Positions 31,316 through 41,500 of a DNA stretch of 64,000 nt are shown here, piece by piece. The notes under the pieces were generated by a model, which was not told the DNA's origin, made no database searches, and saw nothing but the letters and a program-made list of their open reading frames with translations. The translations under genes were made by a program, and so were the position numbers. The stretch's first letter is position 1. The number at the start of each line of letters is the position of its first letter. This stretch comes from Monocercomonoides exilis PA203 (Eukaryota; Protista; Preaxostyla), in assembly GCA_001643675.2 (NCBI GenBank), contig LSRY02000018.1, positions 744,001 to 808,000 on the forward strand. Direction: 5' to 3'.

Positions 31316-33256
31316 CTCTTCTTCCTCTCCAAAGCTCAAAACAGGTTCAAAATGGAATGTTGTTCGTGAGGCAGCATTTGGAACACCAGCAGAACAACAA
31401 GAAAATGGAAAAAATGATCAAACAGAAGAAACTTCCTCTTCCTCTTCCTCTTCTTCCTCAAATCCTCCTCAAAAGCTCCGCCGAATGAGCAAACGACGTC
31501 TGATGCGTCTTTTGCTGGAAAAACACAAAAAGCGCTGTTTGCAGCTGAAAAAGGAGCAAAAAGAGAAAATCGCAATGTTTGAGCAGATGATCAACCAAGT
31601 TGTGGTGCTGGACGGAGATGAGGAAGAAGTGAAGAAGAAGAAAGAGGAAGAAAAAAAAGAAATTGAGAAGGAAAGAAGAGAGTGGGAGGAAGAAGTGGAG
31701 GAGGAGGTGAGGAAGATGAAGGAAGAGGAGGAGAAGGAAATTGAAGAGTTGAAGAAGAAGATGAAGAAAGACAAAGAAGGAAAAGGAGAAGGAAAAGAAG
31801 GAAAAGAAGGAGAAAGAGGAAAAGATGAAAGTTTCGAGGAAGAAACGAAGAAGAAAGAAGAAAGCGAAAAAGACGTGGCACAGAAGATTTTGAAGGAGAT
31901 TTCAGACATTTGCAATGAAATTGCTTCTTCTTCTTCTTCTTCTTCTTCTTCTACCTCTTCTTCTCTTTCTTCTTCTTCTTCTTCTTCTTCTCTTTCCTTG
32001 TCAAAATATGAACATCAGCCAGATTCTGTTGAGCGTATTCAAAGAGCACTTTCTCAGCAGATACTCAGATGGGCTGAGAAGAATTCGTCTTTTCTTTCTT
32101 CTTCTTCTTCTTCTTCTTCTTCTTCGAAAGGAAAAGAAGGAAAAGAAAGAGAAAGAGAAGAAGAAGAAGAAGAAGATAACGACGTAATTGAACGTTCAAT
32201 AAAGCAATCACTGAAGATAAATGTTCTTCCTCTTCTTCTTCTTCCGCTTCTTCTCTTGCAAAACATTCGACTTTTGGGAGAAGTGCAAAGAAGAGCTGGG
32301 ACAGCCTTTGGAGAGAAGAAAGGGATTGTGGGGTGGTGGAAGAAGGAGGGAGAAGAAGAAGGAGAAGAGGAGAAAGAGAAAGAGAAAGAGAAGAAGAAGG
32401 AAAAGAAAGAAGAAAGTAAGAAAAGTTCTTCTTCTTCTTCATCTAATGAAGATTATGACTCACAATCGCTTGTCAAAATGTTAAGTGATGAGCAGCTGAT
32501 GATGATGGAAGAAGACGAACAAGGGCAAAGACTCCGTTTTGAGCTGTGCTTCCCAATTGAAATGGAACCACGTCCGAAATTGAGAGAAGAAAAGAAAGAA
32601 AAGAAAGAAGAAGAAGAAGAAGAAGAACCGAAAGAAACGGAGAAGATGGAGGCGAAAGAAGAAGAGAAAGAAGAAGTAGAAGAAGACGAATGGGAGAAAG
32701 AAAGGCAGAAGTGGATGGAGAAAGAGAAGAAGTGGATGAAGGAGAATGAAGAGTTAGAGAGAAAACAAAAGGAAATGAGCGAAGAAATGACGAAGAAAGA
32801 AGAGGAAATTGATTCAAAAGCCAAAAAGATTGAAGAAAATGAGAGAGAAATAAAAGAGCTGAAGAAGCCTGTTGTTTGGATGGAGCAGCTGCCGAAGGAG
32901 CTGAAGGAGGAGCTGATGAGAGAGTTTGATTATTATTATGATTATTATGATTTCTTTTTCTTTCTTTCTTTCTTCTTTCTTCTTTACACCCACATTTATT
33001 TATTTATTTATTTCTTTTTAGTGATTATCCAACACAGGATTATTACAACCGAATGGAGGAGCTTCGAAAGAGCATTGTTGCTCTCTTCGAAAAGGCGAAA
33101 GCAGCACGCCAGTCAGAAAACAGAGAAGAATCAAACAGATTGGAAAAAGAGGTGTGGATGATTTTTATTAGTTCATCTTTATGTGAAAGAAAATTTTATT
33201 TTTTCTATTTTTCTATTTTCTCTCTCTTTCTCTCTTTCTCTTTCTCTCTCTTTCTT

Positions 33257-33333
<77 letters not shown>

Positions 33334-33495
33334 TTCTTGTTTAATTAATGAATACTTTTTTAAAAACAATCTTCTGCATTTTGTGATATTTGCTTTATCA
33401 AACTGCATTAGCTTACGGAATCATATGGTCGCTTCCAAATGGGCAACGAACTCAAATCTTTCTTTGTTGCAAAGGGTTGCTGTACCATTGTGTGA
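27878..33495 (+). CDS. Divergent kinesin-like protein: N-terminal motor, long coiled-coil/low-complexity tail, C-terminal CaaX
   Basis: About 11 exons: VYIRIRP, YTFDRIF, LNGMNGTIFSFGGPGTGKS, DLL, IREHP, DLAGSE, NKSITALGTVM, HVPYRSSTLTRLLQESLSG, TLSTLIFASR. Preferred 3' end uses exons 33022-33151 and 33412-33495, ending KGCCTIV*. Confidence 0.9.
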
Positions 33496-33800
33496 AATAA
33501 AGTACTCATTTTTGCTTCCTGTGTCTTTTGAGCTTAAAATAGCACAAAAATGATAAGTATTGTTTTTGTTAATGGTTATACCTTTTCATACTTTTTGTAA
33601 GAATATTTTTCATATTTATAACAACAACTGCTTCCCATTAAATTTATTTGTTTATTTCCAATTGTTTGGATTTGAAATTCGACAAAATAAAAATTATAGA
33701 CATTTCTCACTCATTTATTTTCAATAATCCTATTTTTATTTTCATTTTAAACCAAAACAAAGATAAAAGAGAAAAATTGGGACAAAAGTGATCTGAAATA

Positions 33801-34749
33801 ATGGCTGCAAATCTAAAGATTGTGATAGTTGGAGATGGTGCTGTGGTATGATATTCTTTTGTTAACAAAGATACAATCAACGTTTTTTCCTGATTATTAT
33901 TTTATATGTAATGCCTCCACCTTCCTTTTTGCATCTTTTCTTTCTTTTAGGGGAAAACATCACTGCTTTATGTTTATACAAATGGATCATTCCCTGAAGG
34001 TTTCTTTCATTTATTTAAATTATTTTCTCGATATATTTTCACTATCTTGACGAATTTAAAAATTATAACACATTTTTCCCTTTCAGATTATGTTCCAACT
34101 GTTTATGATGACTACACAAAAAATGAGACATATCAATCTCAATCAGTTAACTTGGTAAGAACATATTTTTTATTTTTATTTCATGTTTATATTTGATCTT
34201 GTCAAGTCTTTGTGGGATACAGCTGGACAAGAAGAATATGCAAATGTGAGGTCTGCTTTTGTGCAACAGAAGCAATTAAGATTATTTTCCATTCTTTCGT
34301 TTATTCATTTCATTATTAGGACTTTGTCATATGATGATACGGATGTCTATCTTCTGGCTTATTCATGCGTTCAAAAAGAATCTCTTCAAGCAATTAAAGC
34401 AAAAGTTTATTTTTATTCTTTTCATTAACTGAACGCTTTTGTTTTTTTGAAACTTTTTCCCCCACCTTTTAAGTGGATGCCGGAGTTGCAAGCAAACAGC
34501 AAATCAAAGAAACCTGTTATGATTCTTGTTGGAACCAAAGTTGATCTTCGTGATTCTCAACCGGATTCACCAGATAATGTTTCTGATGCAGCAGCTGAAG
34601 CTATAGCTAATGAAGTTGGTGCTTCTGCACACATTACATGTTCCGCTAAAGAGAATATTCGCGTTTCTGATGTGTTTATGAAGGCTTTGGAGGTTCATTT
34701 CCAATTATCAGCACCGAAAAAAGAAAAGGGCTGCTGCACAATTTTGTAA
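33801..34749 (+). CDS. Rho/Rac-family small GTPase
   Basis: Six exons: KIVIVGDGAVGKTSLL, DYVPTVYDDY, LWDTAGQEEY, RTLSYDDTDV, KWMPEL, LVGTKVDLR, CSAK; ends KKEKGCCTIL*. Confidence 0.95.
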
Positions 34750-35131
34750 TGATATTATTCGTATCAATATCCAAGTTTTGGTTAATTTTATATGATTACT
34801 GACTTGTGATTTAATTTTTAGTTCACATCACAATTTCTTCCTTTTTATTTTGAAAATAAGTTTTTTTTTTATTTTTTAATTTGAATATGTTATCTTTATG
34901 AATGATGCATGAAATAAATCTAACATATTTTAACAATTGTTTATGGTTATTTATTCTTTGTTATTTTTTCATTTTTGTAAGAATGGAGCCAGAAAAACTT
35001 ATTTCTTGAAATTTAAGCAAGCTAAAAAAGTAAACACTGAAAACTTGAACATAAATTGGATCAACTAAAAAGTATTAAAATGAATTGTAATGCTAGAATT
35101 CTGATGAAATGAAGAATTGAATGAGATGTAA

Positions 35132-35425
35132 TTAAAATTCGATGTTTGAGGAGTCAACTTGAAATGCTTTCTTATCATTCTCTGTTAGGCATTCATGAAA
35201 CGATAGTACTACATCCATAAGAGAATCTTGAAGCTTTGGATTTTCAGTGAGTTCCTTCAAAAACACATAGTTATGAAAAATTTGAAATATTCATCTTGAA
35301 GTTCATACTTGTGTAAATTCTTTTGGAAATCCGAAATCACTGACAACGTTTTTCACAAATTCTCTTTCACGATCGGTCATTTGTATTTTTGTATCATATG
35401 AAGATGAAGATTTTGGCGTTGACAT
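35132..35425 (-). CDS. Small two-exon hypothetical protein (79 aa), absent from the ORF track
   Basis: ATG 35425; exon 35425-35309; 54-nt GTATGA...AAG intron; exon 35254-35132: MSTPKSSSSYDTKIQMTDREREFVKNVVSDFGFPKEFTQ|ELTENPKLQDSLMDVVLSFHECLTENDKKAFQVDSSNIEF*. Confidence 0.65.
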
Positions 35426-35475
35426 TTTTCCAGTGGTTATGATCAATCTTCACAAAGAAATTAAAAGCTATTTCA

Positions 35476-36183
35476 ATGCTATTAAGCATTTTTCTCGGAA
35501 TCTTTCATTTTACATTCTCTGCAGAAGTGATTGAATTGTTGCCAGACAAACCACTACGCAATTTATCAATTGCAATTATGGAGGATTCTGCGTTATTTTT
35601 TCGCGTGAAAAATCCAGAAAGCAAACGTTGTTATGAATTTTATCCATCATGGCCAGCAGGAGTTTGTTGCATCATACTTTGTTTTATTGTTTTAAAGAGT
35701 GCTTATAGTTTCCAGCGGACTTTTTTGGTTTATTTGTGGAAAAACCTGAAATTCAAGCTAAGTTTGGGGTTAATCATGATGACGACAGATTTTTATGGTG
35801 CGAAGGAAACGTTTGAGCTATTTTTACCGTTCTAATTTTGTTTCTGAACTTTTTAAAGCCCTCAAATATTCTTATGCTTCGGGCAAAACCAAATGCAGGA
35901 GAGTACGGAGCAGATGGAACAAATTCAACTGTTCCTTTTTGCATGAGTATGGAATTGTTTTATTTTTTAAGTGGGTACTTGGGGCTATAATTGCATTTTC
36001 ATTTCAGCGGCCAGGTCACAGATCATGGGCACAACCATTCCTGTTTTGCTAATAAAAACTGTTGTTGGCGCAATCTTAATGGCAATTCTCGCTTTTGCAT
36101 TTGCCTATTTCATTGCGTGCACCCCCAAAGGCACTCAATTTTTAAAAGGAATTGTTGGACAAACACCGCCAAAGCAAGATTGA
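35476..36183 (+). CDS. Type I membrane protein resembling Pga1 (GPI mannosyltransferase II co-activator)
   Basis: Four exons. Signal peptide, YEFYPSWPAG|FPADF (cf. the Pga1-family YEV...WPA..P..F motif as recalled), LMLRA..., VPFCM..IMG..IP, then a C-terminal TM helix. Confidence 0.5.
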
Positions 36184-36340
36184 AAATATTTACTAATTTA
36201 TCTCGTTTTAACTCAATGCTAATTCTTTAAAAAGTTATCCAAACGTAAAATTACACATCTCTTTTTCATTTCACAACATTTTAATTGAATTTTTATTTTG
36301 TATTGACATTATTTATGTTTAAAAAAAATAGCGATTAGAT

Positions 36341-38318
36341 TCAATGCTTTTGATGAGATGAATATTTTGGCTTCGGCATTTTGCTCGTGAACTGACTTAG
36401 TGGTTGAATATTCTTTTTAATCATCCATGACGCTGTGTGGGACGAGCGAGCTGGAGGCTTCAGCGCTGAAATTGGGCTTGCAAATGGAGAAAGAGTCGAA
36501 GGTGAATGAACTGAAGGCTTTTGGAGCTTCGATTGATGGAATGTGTGTGGCTGGTTGAGAGGTGTAGCTGTTGGGGATTCAATCGAATGAATGGAAGAAG
36601 AAGAGGAGGAGGAAGATGAATATGAAGAAGGCTGCAATGTGTCTTGTGTTGAGCTGTTCTGCTGCAAACTTGGATCAGAAAATGATTGCATCAAATGCAA
36701 TCTGGTTGGTTCAGGTGTTGACAATGAAGAAGAAGTCGAGCGATGAATGACAACATTTGGTTCTGTTGGACTTGCATGTGAAATGCGAGAAGCAGAAGAC
36801 GACTGCGAAAGAGGAGAAGAAAATGGATGGAAAGCAGAAGTTGGAGAAGTGTAACGTGCTGAAGGAGAAGGAATCCGAGATGAAGAAGGAATGACAAAGG
36901 AAGGCGGTGATGCCGATAAACGCTTGGAAGAAGTAGGATTTCTGGTGAGCGAAGGGATTCTTGATTGATTGCTTGCTGATCCAGTCAAAGCCCCAGCTGA
37001 TTCCACATGATAGCGAGGTTGATAGAGCTTCGAAATAGAAGAAGGAGAAGGTGATGTTTTAATATTTGATGAAGGATTTTGATGGGATGAAGAGCGAATC
37101 AGTTGAGAAGAACGAACAATGTGACTGTTTGATGGAGATGGAGTCAGATTTAGCAATTGATTGTGCACAGGACTCGTGCCAATAGTACTTTCAGAGATTG
37201 GAGAAATTGAGGAAGAAGCAGAAGAAGATGCTGGCTCTGAAGTTTGCAATGACACAGCTGATGAAGAGAATGAAGGAGGAAGTGAAGTGTCGGAAGTGAT
37301 TGTTGACGATGATGTGATTGATTCAGGTTGAATGACATCCATTTGAGCATTCGTAACAGATTCTGCCGAAGTGCTTGGTTGTTGCATTGAAGAAGAAAAG
37401 GGGAAAGTTTGCTGCTCAATTTGATTTTGAATCAAATTTGAGGGGTTTGGTTCAATGTCCATTTCAATCGATTCCTTTTGAACTGTCCCTTCAGCAGTTG
37501 GTAAAGAAATTGGTGGAGATTTTGGATGTTCTGAAGCAAATGGAGAAATATTTGCGGAAGTCTCATCTTCCACCTCAATTTTTTGTGATAGAGATGTGTG
37601 ATTTTTGCTTATGTCTTTATCAATCTGTTGTTGAAATTGTGAAATCTGAATTAGAGGAGTTGTTGTTATCGATGATTGAGGAGAAAAAAAGTGAAAATCG
37701 CTTGACATTTTCTTAATATTATATGACGGAGTTTGATAATTATTTTCGCGAATATTTTTGCTCATTGAAGCTTGATGTAGTGGAGTAAATTGATTTTCAA
37801 CAGAATAATTTCGAATTGGATCAGAATTTTCCATATGATATTCCGACGAAATTTGAGCATTCAATTGCTCAAAATTATCGTTATGCTGCTCATTGGGAGA
37901 ACTATTTTCTTCGATATCCATTTCTTCCACCGAAGATAAATATTCCAAAGGAACAAGATATTCTTCCTCGTCTCCGGGATCATCTGGATATTTTGAAACA
38001 AGTTTTTCTATAATATATATAAATACGTGGACAACAATAAGTTTATAAAAATTAAAATGCTCACGAAACCGATTAACTGTTGATTTGACCAATCCCGCTG
38101 TGAATTTCTCATTATCTTTTCTTGAACAAATTTCCTGGATGAAACGCTCAAATCGTACAATTCTTGCGATTTAACAATAATTTCTTTTGTTTCGTTTAGG
38201 CTAAAATAATTTGAAAAATTAATAAATTTTAAAATTTGAATATTTTTTACTCATACAAAGATCTTCCAGTGGCAACATATATAGGTTGCGTAAATGAATA
38301 CAAAATATCAGAGTTCAT
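36341..38318 (-). CDS. Hypothetical protein: short helical N-terminus plus a long Ser/Pro-rich disordered region
   Basis: Three exons: MNSDILYSFTQPIYVATGRSF|LNETKEIIVK...QQLI|EKLVSKYPDDPG..., continuing in ORF 36341-38092. No family recognised. Confidence 0.7.
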
Positions 38319-38559
38319 AAATTGTATTAATTTTTTATTGAATATCTTTTGTGAAACAATATTTTCCTTCTTTTTGTTTAAGTATCAGGATTATTATGGT
38401 GAGAAAAAATAAGTAAGGGCGAATCCTTTCCCTTCAAATCTATTTCTAATTTTATTTTTTCAAAAGCAAGGTATTGTGCATCTTAACATTGTTATAATAT
38501 GTGATAAATTATCAATATTTATATATATTTGATAATATTCCTCATTTCTTTGTGTTTAG

Positions 38560-41500
38560 ATGCCAAAAGCAAAACAAAAAAGAATTGTCATAAGTCGGAA
38601 AAAAGGAGTGCTCGAGCAATTACTTCAAAAAGAAGAATTGGAAACAAGTAAAGGTGATGCAATGATGCAGGGAAATGATGTTTCTGAGGAAGAATTTCCC
38701 GAGTACGAAGATAGTTCTGAAATGTCTTCTGTTGTTTCTGATAGTTCTTTATTTGAAAAGAGTCCGTCTAAATCAAATTCAGAACAAGAACATCCATCAA
38801 TGTTAAAGGATGAAGAAAGCAAAGAAATTCAAACGAGAAAATTGTCAATGAAAAATGGATTATTAGAAAGGAACTCTTCAAACTCAAATGATTCTGATCA
38901 TGATGATGAACATAATGGCTCGAGTCAATCAGACGACTTTCTTTCTGCTGTTGAAGAGAATAATCCTGAAGAACAAAATTCTTTATCCTCGGAAACTTTA
39001 CCAGTCGATAAGAAAGTGATTGATATTGAAAATGAGGAGGTTTCCGAGACTGATGCTCCAACAACTTCTCCTGTGCTTTCATCGCCTTATTTGACCGTTG
39101 GCAGACTAGACTCTTTTTTGGATCCTCCACTTGTCAAGCGCCTCGGAGGAGCTAGACTTAGAATTCAGTTGAAGAAAACAAACAGAACAGCATTTAGAAA
39201 CAGATTGGTTCAAAAAACAGAAGAGGATTCTAACATTGAAAGAGAAGAAGAAGAAAAGAAAGAAGAAGAACCTAAAGAAGAGAACGAAGAGGAGGTTGAA
39301 GAGGGAAATGAAATAAATACTTCAAAAGTAACTTCTACGAACGAAGATGAAGATGAAGAAGATGAAAAAGAAGAGGAAGAAAGAGAAGAAAAGGAAAAAG
39401 AGGAAGAAGAGGGAGATCTACAATCTAATGAAACAGCGCAACACTCTGAAAGCGAAGCAGAAGCAGCGGCAGAAGCAGAAGAATCAGAAGAAGAAGAGAA
39501 AAATGAAATCGAAGAAAATACAAGTGCATCAGAAGAATATGACAACCATGGCCATTTGCATCGCCGGATGAACCTGCGCAAGCGAGGAAGAGAATTCCGC
39601 TCTTTTTTGAGCGACATCGCACACAATGCATCATTCGAAGATGAAGACGAGATGCTTGGAGCAGCAACAACCACGCCAAAAAGAAAGAGGAGGTCGTTTT
39701 TTCAGAGAAACCCTGATTTTCAGGAGGATATAAGTGATCAAGATGAGCAAGAAGAACAAGACGAGCAAGAAGATCTGCAAAGGCAAGCAAACCGTTCAAA
39801 ATACACGCTCCGTTCAGCAGCCCCTAAATCATATCATTCGTATTCCCACACTCGTTCACGTTCTCCTTCTTCACCTTCATCTTCTTTTACCTCTTTTTCA
39901 TCTGCTTCCCCTTCGAGATATTCCTCCCGCTCTTCAACAAGAGCCAACACTTCTCCTTCGTCTAAGACATCTCCATTCACAAAAAGGAACCTGAGGTCAC
40001 ATCAAAACACATTCGAGCAACGTTATCCTTCTCGCCGTCATGTGCCAACGCAACATTATTCACCTAACAGCGAGGAAGAAAGAAAACAGCCACGAAATTC
40101 GAGTGCAAAAGTGTATGAGACAAGAAGGAGAGGACATTTTTCGTCATCAGAAAACGAAGAGAACGAGGAAAATGAGGAAAATGAAGAGAATGGAGGAGAG
40201 AGAAGAGGAGGATATCAGCTGAGAGAAAGACCTCCGAAGCTGTTTGATTTGGGCGAAGTGTTCAGACACGAAGGCAACTGGAGAAGCGACAAAAGCCCCA
40301 AAAAAGAAAGAAGAAATTTACGTTCTGAGAAAAGAGAAGAGAGAGAAGAAAGAGGAGAAAGAGGAGAAAGAGAAGAAGGGGCAGAAGAGGAAGGAAGAAG
40401 GCCAAGCAGAATGGCAATGGAAGAGGCGATGATAAGAATGAGGCTGCAAGAAGAAGATGATGAGATTGAAGAAAATGAAGAAAATGAAGAAGATATGAAG
40501 AGAGAGAAAGGAAGAAGCAGAAGAAGAAAATCGAGCGGAAGAGGAGAAGAAGATGCAGAAGAAGAAGAAGATGATGAAGCGAATTCAAACAGAAGTGGAA
40601 GAAGAAGAAGAGGAAGAAGAGGAAAGAGAAGAAGAAGTTGCGAAAGCGATGAATCAGATGCAGAAGATGAAGATGAAGACGATGATGACGAAGTTGGGAA
40701 AGGAAATGACAAAGACGGAAGTTATGAACTGAGTCGTGAAGATGAAGGAGACGAAGAAGAAGAGGAGGAGGAAGGCAGCTCAGGAGCAAGCGGAACAGAA
40801 TTCACATCTGAAGAAGAAAGAATGATGATGAAAAAGAAGAACACACATGTGTATCCATTCAGAGATAGAAGTGGAATCTCAAAAACTGGAGGAGCAAACC
40901 AGTCAATGAATGGGATAACGAATTCATCATCTTCTTCCTCTTCCTCTTCCTCCTCTTATTCTTCAATGTTGAGGAAAAAATCATCCACTTCTTCTTCTTC
41001 TAATTATGTTCCCAGGCCACCAGAACTTCGCAACTCCTCATCGAATTCGCACCGATCATCCAGAAACAAACGCCTTCGCCATCAAAACCATCGGCGATTC
41101 AACGAAGAAGAAGAAGACGATGATGATGAAGATGATGATGAAAACTCGAACAATGAGCATAGTCATAAGCGAAAGCATCATCGTCATCGTCATCATCATC
41201 ATAGAAACAGTTCAGATAATTCTTCTGATTCAAACAACGGCTCAAACAGAAACAGCTCTTCGGACTCTTCTTCCAGCCCACCAAATAGCAGCAGCAGCGA
41301 CTCTCATCGTTCTCATTCACACTCACATTCATCGTCTTCTGAACAATCCTCTCACAAACATCACCACAAACACCATCAAAACAGCAAGCACAACACATCT
41401 TCCTCTCATCCTTCTTCTTCCTCTTCTTCTTCTTCTTCCTCCAAAAACAAGCGAGCTGACATCCACCCTGTCCGCATCGACTCCTCCATCACCTTCGACA

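Noticed and set aside
32924-33161. ORF-track kinesin C-terminus (EFDYYY...FFFL...KKRCG) as a transmembrane anchor
   Set aside because: The hydrophobic stretch is a T-rich GTTTGA...AG intron read through in frame; splicing to 33022 gives a coherent helical tail and CaaX.
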